Source: an uncultured virus (IMG/VR IMGVR_UViG_3300030331_001986)
Lineage: Duplodnaviria; Heunggongvirae; Uroviricota; Caudoviricetes
IMG/VR virus record: IMGVR_UViG_3300030331_001986
Direction: 5' to 3' (one strand)
DNA length: 26,175 bases
The notes beneath the pieces are model-generated. The model was not told the DNA's origin. It did not search any database and saw nothing but the letters and a program-made list of their open reading frames with translations. Shown here piece by piece: positions 1 through 9,237 of the stretch (its first letter is position 1; every line of letters starts with the position of its first letter). A program made the translations under genes and the position numbers.

Positions 1-2357
1 CCAATCGCTAAATTTTTCTCTGCTCTAGGCAATGAACCCCCTTCACCAAATACATCGGGGTCACGTTTTGGCGCACCTGCTCTATAACTACTAATGCCAA
101 AGAAGGCCGTAAACTCTGGAAGATTAATAGCGTGTCTTAACATATCTATTGGGTAATTTTTACCTCTTCTATCTTTATCAGGTTTTAAATCACCAAAAAA
201 TCTTTGCATTGCCTTTGTTTGATTTTTTATATCAGCGGTGGGCATAGCACCTTTAATTACATTTAGAACAGAAATTTTATTCTTTTTATCGAACTGTTGA
301 CCAAATATTTCATTTAATGCTTTTGAAGCCCTTCTAGCGGCTCTAAATAAACTACTTTCATCATCTACTAAAGTTCCCCTTGTTGCTAAACGCATGAAGG
401 CAATTAATGACTCAACATCTTTCTTCCTTATATCATCCATTCCTTTATCTAATAGAGAACCAATAGGACTTACTAATTGCTCTTGTTTATCTCTAACCAT
501 TTTAGATAAATTTAACCAAGCGTTTCCTGTTGACCATCTTGGCCTTTCTTTTGCCTGAACATAAAATTTTCCAGATAAAGGCTCAATATAATATTCATAC
601 ATAGCCTCCATTAAATTATTCCAAGATTTAGTTAGTTCGGTTGGTAATTTTCTATTAATACCTTGAGAAGTTATTTGTTTTATAGCGCCAAAAGTGCCAC
701 CTAATGCGCTATCTCCTTGGTCCTTTTCTGATATTTTTTCGTTATAAACATCAAACGCATCTCTAATTTCTTTCCCAAATATAGTAAGAACTTCTAAGAA
801 ATCTTCAGTCATCTCATTGACTTCATCAAGATATTCTTCACTAACTATATTTCGTTGTTTCTTACCCTTTTTACCTCTAGTAAATTCTTGAAAGAAAAGT
901 TCACTATCTTTTGGCTTTTTAGTAGAAGTTTCATATATTTCTCCTGTTCCTGTTTTTACTTTCAATTCTATAACTTCTTTAGGCTGTTGCCTTGCGTAAT
1001 ATTCATCTTCTATAAATGGAGATATAGGCAAATAATAAGGAGCCTTTTTCCTAGTCATAGATATGTTATTTTCCCACTCATCGAACTTAGAAATAAACTC
1101 ATCAGTTAATTGTTGGTTTTCTTTAAATATAGGCATCATTGATAATAAAGACCTATATTCTCCGCCACCAATAAGTAAATTTCTAAGTTTTCTTAAATCC
1201 CCCATAGGTATAGGCATATCTTCATACTCATCACTGTATTTGTACCAAAAGATAGGGTCAACTGGTAAGGCTTTAGTTTTCTTAGCAGTTAATTTTATCT
1301 TTTCAGTTTCATCAACTACTTCTTGCACTGCTGGATTCATAGAAGCAGTTTCTACAAACGTAGGACGGTCTTCTTCGTGTAAAGTATCGAAGACATCCTC
1401 ATGTTCTACGTTTTCTCCTACTCTTTCATCTTCTTTACCAGCAACTTCCACTTCTGCGCCACTTATATCTTCATCTTCGGATATACCTTTTAACTCCATA
1501 AACTTACCAATTAACTTTAGAGCAAGTGGAAGTCCTTCTTCTATCTCCATAGAAAAACTATTTAATTTTAAAACATAGTTAGGTATAATTATATCTCCTT
1601 GTAAATATTTTTTCTGATATAATTCTCGAACTTCACTTAATGCCTCTTTTAAAGTTTCATCATCTTCACCATTTCTTTTCTTATCATCAAGTAATGCGTT
1701 TGCATCTTTATTAAATTTATCAAAAGCAGTGATAACTTTATCGTGTTTTTTATGTATTCCTTCCCAGTAATCGTATATCCTTTCTCTAGTTTCCCATCTA
1801 CCAAAAGGTAAATTACCAATCTCTTCTATCCAACCTAAATCTATTTTTTTCCTTGTATCTTTGACTCTAGCCTGTTCTAATTTTAACTTTCTTTTATCTA
1901 ATAATTTTTTTAGTAAATTAATATTATTATTTATATCTCTTTTCTGAGCATCATCTTTAACTGCTGGATGACCAGATTGTGACAAATCCGTTAAAATATT
2001 CTTAACTTGCTCAATCTCTCTTTCGTTATCAACTCTATTTTTAACTTTAACATTATCCAAATCAAAACCTGAAACAAATAAATCTTCATAATTAACGGCT
2101 CTTGTTTTATCTCTCCAATTAAAATATTTACTTACTTTCTTATTAAATTCTTCGAATGGGTTTTCATCCTTTGTTTTTCCCTCTGGAAGTTGGGCGGCGA
2201 GTTCATCTCTCAGTTCATTAATCTCTTTATCTATTGCTTCCTCAGACGCATCAGGATTAGTTGTTTCTAAATGGTCAAATAAGTCATCTGAAAAATTATT
2301 CCATTGTTGATTATTCCACGCTTCTTTTGCCTTTTCTTTCCAATCTTCAGTTATCAT
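1..2357 (-). CDS. Large hypothetical protein, at least 785 aa, truncated at the window edge (MITEDWKEKAKEAWNNQQW...); possibly virion-associated
   Basis: Not in the ORF track because it has no stop inside the window. ATG at 2357 overlaps the TAA of the upstream gene (TAATG), with GGAGG upstream. The parts translated by hand are open and the frame is still open at position 3. E/K-rich; no motif recognised. Confidence 0.85.
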   Translation of the reverse strand, partial: MITEDWKEKAKEAWNNQQWNNFSDDLFDHLETTNPDASEEAIDKEINELRDELAAQLPEGKTKDENPFEEFNKKVSKYFNWRDKTRAVNYEDLFVSGFDLDNVKVKNRVDNEREIEQVKNILTDLSQSGHPAVKDDAQKRDINNNINLLKKLLDKRKLKLEQARVKDTRKKIDLGWIEEIGNLPFGRWETRERIYDYWEGIHKKHDKVITAFDKFNKDANALLDDKKRNGEDDETLKEALSEVRELYQKKYLQGDIIIPNYVLKLNSFSMEIEEGLPLALKLIGKFMELKGISEDEDISGAEVEVAGKEDERVGENVEHEDVFDTLHEEDRPTFVETASMNPAVQEVVDETEKIKLTAKKTKALPVDPIFWYKYSDEYEDMPIPMGDLRKLRNLLIGGGEYRSLLSMMPIFKENQQLTDEFISKFDEWENNISMTRKKAPYYLPISPFIEDEYYARQQPKEVIELKVKTGTGEIYETSTKKPKDSELFFQEFTRGKKGKKQRNIVSEEYLDEVNEMTEDFLEVLTIFGKEIRDAFDVYNEKISEKDQGDSALGGTFGAIKQITSQGINRKLPTELTKSWNNLMEAMYEYYIEPLSGKFYVQAKERPRWSTGNAWLNLSKMVRDKQEQLVSPIGSLLDKGMDDIRKKDVESLIAFMRLATRGTLVDDESSLFRAARRASKALNEIFGQQFDKKNKISVLNVIKGAMPTADIKNQTKAMQRFFGDLKPDKDRRGKNYPIDMLRHAINLPEFTAFFGISSYRAGAPKRDPDVFGEGGSLPRAEKNLAI

Positions 2358-4642
2358 TATTTATCCTCCACTATTATTTTTTGTCTCACTAATAAATTTA
2401 GAATACTGGTTTTGCCTTTAGTTTTACCAGCAAGGGCTTTTCGTCTAGTTTCTTTATCTAAATGTTTAGCGGGGTTTTCTAGTATCTCTTTTACTTTCTT
2501 TTCCGCTTCTTCTTTCAAAAAATTTCTAACTTTAGGTATATCTTGTTCTACAGCCGCTACTAAATCCTTCACTATACTTTTTACTTCGGCATCGGATTTT
2601 GGGTTTTCTTCGTCATACTTCAAATCGTCTATGAATTCAGTATAATTGTTAACACCTAATTGAGTGGTAAACGCTCTACCTAATTTAGTTAAAATTGCAA
2701 ATAACTCACCAAATGATGGTGCACTTGCACTTGAAGATTGAAACCTTAAAACATCTTTAAAATCCTTTTTATTATCAAGCGCTGAAAACACAACAAGTGC
2801 AACATCTCTTTCTTTTGGATTTAATCCTTCGGTTCTTTCTTTCATAACTGATTGTATTTGTGGCGTTATTGTAACTTTTGGTTTTGCTTTCTTCCTAAGT
2901 GAATTTATCATTCTAGCATAAGTGTCACCAAATCTATCTCTTACTTGTTGTATAGTGTCTAAGACTTTAATATTAGCAATAAATTCATCTAACCTATCTC
3001 GATTACCTTTAGTAGTAAAATGTTTTATTCCAGATGTTTCTTTAACAGGATTAACAAAAAGAGGTCTTAATATTTGAAAATCCTCTACTCCACCCTCATC
3101 TGTAGTTTCTTCCTCTATTTTTTCTATTGTCTTATCATAGTCCTTTAATTTCTCAACAAATTTTAATTCTACATCTGAAAGAGATAAAGAAAGATAAGGA
3201 GTTACTTTTCTATCATCATCTACCATTTTATTTAAAAAAGGATAAAGAGAAGAATCAGGATTAGTAAACTGTTGTTTTAGATATAATCTTTTTTCTTTAT
3301 CATTTTTTGACTGAAATTCGCTCAATTCTATATCTGAAAGTCTACCAACATCTTTCCCAAACAAACTTTTAAAATCTTTTCCACCCGATTCTATTATTCT
3401 CTCAATATAGTAATTCATAACAGCATTTCTATTTTTATAGAGTTGTTGTGTGGTATTCGTCATAAAATCAGAATACAGAGTAGAAGTATCAGAATACTCA
3501 TCATCTAATAATTGCAACACAATAGGATTAGCCCCTTTAGGACTTTTTGTTCCCGATGTTCCAGTTATTAATTGAGAACCCTTTAATCGCTCTGGTACAA
3601 ACTTAGCACCTTTACGAACTATATACCCATAATAGTATTGAGCATGGTCAAAAGTGAAATTCGGGTTTACCTTATATTTTTCAAATTCTTTCTCTTGTTG
3701 CTGTAATAGTTCTGCTTGAGATAATCTAGTTCCCTCTTTCTTTGGCGTTGTTTTATAATCTTCTTCTGTTTGCGCTGTAATTAATTTACCAACACCAAAA
3801 ACCCTAACAACTGGTAACGGTTTAGTCGAAATTTTTAGGTTTCTAGTTTTAAGTTTCTCCATAATTTTTTCTTTTAAATTTGCAAATTTATCTTTGTCGA
3901 TAGGACTAGAAATAATTTCTGCTTTTTCCTTTTTAAAAGTAATACCATCTATTGAATCTAATCTTACACTATTCCATTGTTCAAGAGGCATTCCTTGATT
4001 AGATATGATTATTTTTCTTTTATCTAATAAACCTACATTAGAAAGAATAGTCCTAATATTGGGTTTAAGTTTTAATCCGAAACTTTGCAGTTTATCATTT
4101 ACTTTAGTTTTATCTCTAATATTAGAATTGAATTCCTCTAAAAGTTTTAATTGTTCCCCTTTAGATAATTCAGTTATACCTGTTAAAGCCTTAATAGCAG
4201 ACTCAGTGTTATTCCAATCTGTTTTGCGTTTAAATTGAGTACCTTTAGTTCTTTTAGAATCTATATCTCCTATATTCTTTTTTAGTATAGGCAAAACCTC
4301 TTTAACAAATCTATCAATAATAGCACGTAGATGTTTTGGTCTAGTAACTGGATTACGCCCTGAAGCCAAACTACCAATTACAGTTCTATTCCAAGCATTA
4401 GGATTTTCTTTCCATTCTTCTAGTTGTTTAATAGTTCCTCTAATACCCTTTTGTGGATATGACCCACTTTTTATATCGTTAATGAATGCATCATTATCTA
4501 AAGGTATATTTTTATTTCCTTCTTTATCTTGAGTGAGACTATGGAATCTAATAAGTTGCGCCCATTGTATAGGGTCATCCGCTGGTAACTGAGTAGTCCA
4601 GTTTTTAGGAACTTGTTTAAGAAGAAGCAAAGACCAACTCAT
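2357..4642 (-). CDS. Hypothetical protein, 761 aa, K-rich, N-terminal MSWSLLLLK tag
   Basis: Long ORF, ATGA-coupled to the upstream gene; no family motif recognised. Confidence 0.85.
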   Translation of the reverse strand: MSWSLLLLKQVPKNWTTQLPADDPIQWAQLIRFHSLTQDKEGNKNIPLDNDAFINDIKSGSYPQKGIRGTIKQLEEWKENPNAWNRTVIGSLASGRNPVTRPKHLRAIIDRFVKEVLPILKKNIGDIDSKRTKGTQFKRKTDWNNTESAIKALTGITELSKGEQLKLLEEFNSNIRDKTKVNDKLQSFGLKLKPNIRTILSNVGLLDKRKIIISNQGMPLEQWNSVRLDSIDGITFKKEKAEIISSPIDKDKFANLKEKIMEKLKTRNLKISTKPLPVVRVFGVGKLITAQTEEDYKTTPKKEGTRLSQAELLQQQEKEFEKYKVNPNFTFDHAQYYYGYIVRKGAKFVPERLKGSQLITGTSGTKSPKGANPIVLQLLDDEYSDTSTLYSDFMTNTTQQLYKNRNAVMNYYIERIIESGGKDFKSLFGKDVGRLSDIELSEFQSKNDKEKRLYLKQQFTNPDSSLYPFLNKMVDDDRKVTPYLSLSLSDVELKFVEKLKDYDKTIEKIEEETTDEGGVEDFQILRPLFVNPVKETSGIKHFTTKGNRDRLDEFIANIKVLDTIQQVRDRFGDTYARMINSLRKKAKPKVTITPQIQSVMKERTEGLNPKERDVALVVFSALDNKKDFKDVLRFQSSSASAPSFGELFAILTKLGRAFTTQLGVNNYTEFIDDLKYDEENPKSDAEVKSIVKDLVAAVEQDIPKVRNFLKEEAEKKVKEILENPAKHLDKETRRKALAGKTKGKTSILNLLVRQKIIVEDK

Positions 4643-5301
4643 TGTAATTGCTCCTGTAATTTAGATTTGATGTCTAACCAAACTTGGGGGTGTTGCTGTG
4701 CTAATACTTCTTGGACTACCTGCATTTGTGCGACAATAATGGTGTCCTGTCTTTTATGAACAAGTTGGCCTTTAAACTCCAACATGTATTTTAATGACTC
4801 ACGTATTTCTTTAGCGAGTTTGGTTAGACTGTCAATGTATTTTGGATTTAAGTCGTCTTCATCAAACAACATTTCTATTTTATCTTCTAATCTATGAATA
4901 TTATCAGCAAGCATATCTACTTCATTTAGTTCTCTTTTTGCTATTTCCATTGCCGCAGATTTTTGTACAATAGGCTTCAAATGCTTATTCATATGTTTCA
5001 TTACTTGCTGGCGAGTAACTCCTAAATCTGCCGCAACAGTTGTAGGAGATATTTCTCCTTCATGAATGGCTAACTCTAATGTTTGTCTATCAGGACTAAC
5101 ACATAATGCACATCTAGGATTGGATTGGTCGGTATATTCTGTATCCATGTGATTTCTTAAATGTCTTGAAGAAACACCACTAGGCCATTGCATTTCAGCA
5201 TCCAGTTCATCGGGAGTAATTTGTAAAGAAGTTAACCTTTCTTCTAATTGCTCTCTATCAGGGTGTTGACAGAGCCTACAGCGTTTTCTTGTTTTAGCCA
5301 T
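4639..5301 (-). CDS. Protein with two tandem Zn-binding/HTH-like repeats and a helical C-terminus; possible terminase small subunit or DNA-binding protein
   Basis: Two repeats: CRLCQHPDREQLEERL...SRHLRNHM and CALCVSPDRQTLELAI...MKHMNKHL (CxxC...HxxxH around a helix-turn-helix-like segment). The function is inference. Confidence 0.5.
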   Translation of the reverse strand: MAKTRKRCRLCQHPDREQLEERLTSLQITPDELDAEMQWPSGVSSRHLRNHMDTEYTDQSNPRCALCVSPDRQTLELAIHEGEISPTTVAADLGVTRQQVMKHMNKHLKPIVQKSAAMEIAKRELNEVDMLADNIHRLEDKIEMLFDEDDLNPKYIDSLTKLAKEIRESLKYMLEFKGQLVHKRQDTIIVAQMQVVQEVLAQQHPQVWLDIKSKLQEQLQ

Positions 5302-5305
5302 TGAA

Positions 5306-6598
5306 TCAACTCCATAAACTAGCGGCCCAACTTTTCTTAACTGGTTTCGGTTTTAATTTCTCTGGAATTTTATTACTCCAATTTCTTAGTACTCCTTTTA
5401 CACCACCGTCATCAGGAGTATAAAATAATCTACCATCGGGGGCTTCGAAATCGCCTCTTTCTCTCATAACTTTATTGATAACTCTAAATAATAAAGGACG
5501 TGTAATTTTAATTCTAAACTTTTTAATATTTTCATGACCTACTATATCTTGAAAACCACCGATAGCGGTTATAAATTTAGAACTTAATCTATTAACATTA
5601 AACACTTTACCATTTATATTATCTAATATTCTACTTGGGCCTCCACTGTAAATAACTTTATTAGAAGCATTACCAGTTCCATAAGTTCCAGTAGATTTCA
5701 TTATTCTTCTTACATAATTAGCGAACAGTTTCCAGTCTGCTAATTGTTGCGCTTTTTTATCCATATTAATTCCACCACCACTTGTAGCAAAATCAATAAT
5801 TACTTCATCTATTTCAGCACCTTCTATTTGTTTATCGAATTTTTCTAATAAGCCTAATAAACCAGTTGTGATTAATGTTCCTTTTTTAGATACACTTGAA
5901 TTAGCAAACATGGCTTGATGCATTGGTGGGGTTTGATTACCATTTTCTGCACCATACCAAGAAGAGGGAACAGCGGGCATTTCATCACCTGCTTCTTTAA
6001 CCTTAGTTCTCATTTCAACATATTTAGGTGTTCTATAATGACCATGAACAACAGTCATTTCGTCAACCTCAAAGCCACCGCCTTCTTTCGCTGATATAGA
6101 AGCGGGAACTGTAAAAGGAATATTTTTAGGGTCATCTTTTCCACCAGCAAATCCTTTTATTGTTGCTGTAAATTCTTTCATATCTTCTGCATCTTCTTCT
6201 GTAATTAACCCATCTTCCCCTCCCAATATTCTTTCGAAATCGGCTAATTGTTCTTTAAATAAACGCTTTGCTTGTCCTTTACGAGAAGCGGCGGAAGTTA
6301 CATGGTTGTCCAAATGCTCATATAAAGTATCAAAATATTTTTTACCTTTAGGTGTGCCTTTGCTCCCAATTGCCGCAGAACCGACAACTCCGATATCCTC
6401 ATTGCTTAATCCTTTACAGGTGTCAGTCCATTTAGCAAAATCCGCTTTTAATTTAGAATGTATTTCCCCTACATCTTGGTCTATAAAAGAAATTACCCCA
6501 TCTGGTCCTTTAAACCTAACTAATTGTTTTTTCTTTAATGATTTCTTTTTAGCCTTTAAAATTGGCTCTCTTTTCCATAGTTGACTTGTCCAACTCAT
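5306..6598 (-). CDS. Hypothetical protein, 430 aa, with SW-type motifs at both ends
   Basis: Long ORF coupled to its neighbours; starts MSWTSQLWK and ends KKSWAASLWS. Confidence 0.85.
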   Translation of the reverse strand: MSWTSQLWKREPILKAKKKSLKKKQLVRFKGPDGVISFIDQDVGEIHSKLKADFAKWTDTCKGLSNEDIGVVGSAAIGSKGTPKGKKYFDTLYEHLDNHVTSAASRKGQAKRLFKEQLADFERILGGEDGLITEEDAEDMKEFTATIKGFAGGKDDPKNIPFTVPASISAKEGGGFEVDEMTVVHGHYRTPKYVEMRTKVKEAGDEMPAVPSSWYGAENGNQTPPMHQAMFANSSVSKKGTLITTGLLGLLEKFDKQIEGAEIDEVIIDFATSGGGINMDKKAQQLADWKLFANYVRRIMKSTGTYGTGNASNKVIYSGGPSRILDNINGKVFNVNRLSSKFITAIGGFQDIVGHENIKKFRIKITRPLLFRVINKVMRERGDFEAPDGRLFYTPDDGGVKGVLRNWSNKIPEKLKPKPVKKSWAASLWS

Positions 6599-6885
6599 TC
6601 TTCATCTTCCTCCTTTTTCTTTTTCTTTTTTCCGTATATGGGTTTACTTTCAATTCCAGCGGTTGTACTAGTAACCGCACCTGCAAGTTTTAACATTCTA
6701 GTCCAACGGCCTCCGCCACTTTTACCTCGTAACTTAGACAAAATAGGTAGACGGTATTTCTTAGCAACTTTAAGTTCTGCCTCAGGTTGGTCCATATTTC
6801 TAAATTTCATTTCCTCTTTCATTTCAGTAACGTATTGTGGATAATCTCTAACAAATTCTGTTTCTATAATAGCCTTATTTAACAT
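6595..6885 (-). CDS. Hypothetical protein, 96 aa, internal RWTRMLK motif, K6-EEDEE tail
   Basis: ATGA overlap with the downstream gene; fits the operon packing. Confidence 0.7.
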   Translation of the reverse strand: MLNKAIIETEFVRDYPQYVTEMKEEMKFRNMDQPEAELKVAKKYRLPILSKLRGKSGGGRWTRMLKLAGAVTSTTAGIESKPIYGKKKKKKEEDEE

Positions 6886-6886
6886 T

Positions 6887-7084
6887 TTAATACACCATAT
6901 AATTTGAAACTTTCATCGGACAATAAGGGGCCACTGAAGTTTCTCCCTTTGCTGGTAATTTTAATGGACAAAAACCAGTTAAAGTAGCAATAAATTCTTT
7001 ACATTTAGGACATGTTCCAGAGTATTGAGTTTTTCTTTTATAGATAGAGTCTTTGTTGTTTTTAAGTAACCCTGTCCATGTCAT
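6887..7084 (-). CDS. Small Cys-rich protein (MTWTGLLK...CPKC...CP...CP)
   Basis: Start moved to ATG 7084 (GGTGG upstream, gives the shared N-terminal tag). The ORF-track start at 7120 is also possible. Confidence 0.6.
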   Translation of the reverse strand: MTWTGLLKNNKDSIYKRKTQYSGTCPKCKEFIATLTGFCPLKLPAKGETSVAPYCPMKVSNYMVY

Positions 7085-7116
7085 AATACCACCCAATGTC
7101 CAACCGTAACTATATC

Positions 7117-8367
7117 TCATTTAATATTATATTGTTTCTTTAATATACTTTTCCATAATTCTCCACTAAACTTAGACTTAGCACGTTCAAGTAAGAAACT
7201 TTTGTTATTTTTACCAGTTTTAACTGCTAATTCTAATAAAAAGTCTAAAATTTCTCCAACTTTTCTTCCACTCAGTCCCTTATCTAAAAGGTCTTGCCCA
7301 GAGATAGCCAATTCTTTCAAATTTGTCGGTTTTCCTTCACTTTTCATTGATTTTAGTTGTTCACTTAGAGTTTTTTGATTTTTGGCTTTCTGTAACGCAT
7401 CAATATTACGAATAATATCATTTTTATCAGTCATTTTAGATAAAAATTTAACAATATTAAGGTCATTTATATCTAGTTTTTGAAAATCCATAACTGCTTT
7501 AACTATTTTAGCATCTTTATTAGATAATTTCATTAAATCTTGTAACTTCTCACTACTTGAATCTTCGCCAAATAACGCCAAAAACGCTGGAAAAGCATTT
7601 TTATCCAATTTATCCATTAAAGGATTAACTTTTCCATTACTAAGTATATGTTTCATCAATCCAGTCTCGACTAAAAGTTTAACTCCTATGGTGGGCTTCA
7701 GGGATTTTTCGAACATTTTTCGAAATTCTTCTTGGAATCGTTCATTAGAAACAGTTTTAATTTTTTGAGCATTTTTCTTTATTTCTTTCATTGTTTCTTC
7801 TTCTATTTTAAACTCAAATCTAGCCGCAAATTGAACAGCCCTTAACATCCTTAATGGGTCATCTTCAAACGCTTTTGGATTAATTACAGAAATTTGTTTG
7901 TTTTTTATATCAAGTTGACCTCTACCTTCAATATCTACTAGTTCTCCAGTTTCAATATCCTTAGCAATTGCATTCATCCAAAAATCTCTACGCAATTGTT
8001 CTTCTTCTAAAGTAATATCTTTACCCAACTTAACTTCAAAATCCTTGTGACCCTCCCCAGTGCTTACTTCTATTCTAGGAACAACAATATCTACAGGCTC
8101 TCCTTTCTCACCAGTAGGATTAAATTTTAACACTCCAAAACTTTTACCAACTAAATTGACTTTACCATGTTTACTCAACAATTCTTGTAAATCCTCTATA
8201 TCTATACCAGTAATTATCAAATCTAAATCTTTTGACACTTTACCTAGAAACTCATCTCTAACTGCTCCACCAATTTGATATATTTTACCGCCCATAGATT
8301 TTACATCTTGACGCAACTCACTAGTGATTATATCTAATGAAGCCTTTAAAATTTGCATCCATCCCAC
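7117..8367 (-). CDS. cca: Class II tRNA nucleotidyltransferase (CCA-adding / poly(A) polymerase family), no HD domain
   Basis: Motifs GGAVRD, KDLD, LRRDFWMNAIA, DDPLRMLRAVQFAARF, VSNERFQEEF and C-terminal LAISGQDL..G..VGEIL. Probable GTG start at 8367 after GGTGA (MGWMQILK). Confidence 0.9.
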   Translation of the reverse strand: MGWMQILKASLDIITSELRQDVKSMGGKIYQIGGAVRDEFLGKVSKDLDLIITGIDIEDLQELLSKHGKVNLVGKSFGVLKFNPTGEKGEPVDIVVPRIEVSTGEGHKDFEVKLGKDITLEEEQLRRDFWMNAIAKDIETGELVDIEGRGQLDIKNKQISVINPKAFEDDPLRMLRAVQFAARFEFKIEEETMKEIKKNAQKIKTVSNERFQEEFRKMFEKSLKPTIGVKLLVETGLMKHILSNGKVNPLMDKLDKNAFPAFLALFGEDSSSEKLQDLMKLSNKDAKIVKAVMDFQKLDINDLNIVKFLSKMTDKNDIIRNIDALQKAKNQKTLSEQLKSMKSEGKPTNLKELAISGQDLLDKGLSGRKVGEILDFLLELAVKTGKNNKSFLLERAKSKFSGELWKSILKKQYNIK

Positions 8368-8371
8368 AATA

Positions 8372-8725
8372 TCACCTATTAGGAACTTCTTCCACAACTC
8401 CACTTAACTTACCACTGTATTTTTTAAAATCCTTAATCTGATTCGAATGAAATGGTTTACCACCATCAGGGCTAGTTGCAATCGTTACATGAGCAAACTT
8501 ATCATCATCTCTCTCAGCATCTACTTTAACAGCCATTGCCCTATCATCAATACCAATAGCAGTAATATTCATTGAAACTTTATCTCCCACCTTATATTTT
8601 GAATCTCGCAACGGTCCAAGTTTAATTGTCATATGATGAGCAATAGGTTTCCATCCTTTGGGAACTAACTCTAACAATTTATTTCTGGATTCCTCATCAA
8701 GAACAACAGCAGAATAACTAATACT
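8372..8725 (-). CDS. 2H phosphoesterase, tRNA-ligase-type 2',3'-cyclic phosphodiesterase-like; 5' end lost in the gap
   Basis: Two HxT motifs (HHMTI, HVTIA). The frame extends upstream of the ORF-track start to the gap as SISYSAVVLDEESRNKLLELVPKGW. Confidence 0.75.
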   Translation of the reverse strand, partial: SISYSAVVLDEESRNKLLELVPKGWKPIAHHMTIKLGPLRDSKYKVGDKVSMNITAIGIDDRAMAVKVDAERDDDKFAHVTIATSPDGGKPFHSNQIKDFKKYSGKLSGVVEEVPNR

Positions 8726-8735
8726 NNNNNNNNNN
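8726..8735. other. Assembly gap (10 N)
   Basis: N run; the reading frame shifts across it, so the true length is probably not 10. Confidence 1.
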
Positions 8736-9237
8736 ATTCTAACTCCTGTCCTCTATATGCAGAGTTATCTTCTAATGTTGTATTCCATCCTCGGTTTCTC
8801 TTAACTGCTTCACTAACAGGTTCTCCCCAAATATTTACAAAATCTTTCAATGGAAAACTTCTGTCTTCATTTTTTCCTAAATAAGTATTGAAGGTAACTC
8901 GACTACCTTTTCGAGAAAAAGAAATCATTTCTATATTCTTTGTATCGGGAAATCTCCAAATCCATCCTTCGGATTTATTCTTAGTCATAATTTTATCAGC
9001 AAGGTTTTCTATTTCATCTCTAGGGGATTTACCTCTTTCTGGACTTCTATTAGTAACTGCCCATAAATAATGAGGTCTAGCAAAAATAGTTCCATCTTCA
9101 TTTATAGCACCAGTAAACCTACCCCAAACTTCTCCTTCAACCTTTACTTCTTTAAACGTTTTATCACTAGTTTCTTGATAAGCAATACCTACATAATCTT
9201 TTGGAGGCAACAATTTAAGAATATCTTTCCAACTCAC
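8736..9237 (-). CDS. Hypothetical protein starting MSWKDILK, interrupted by the gap; may be fused to the 2H domain
   Basis: GTG start overlaps the stop of the HMG-CoA lyase gene, with AGGTGG SD; open up to the gap. Confidence 0.7.
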
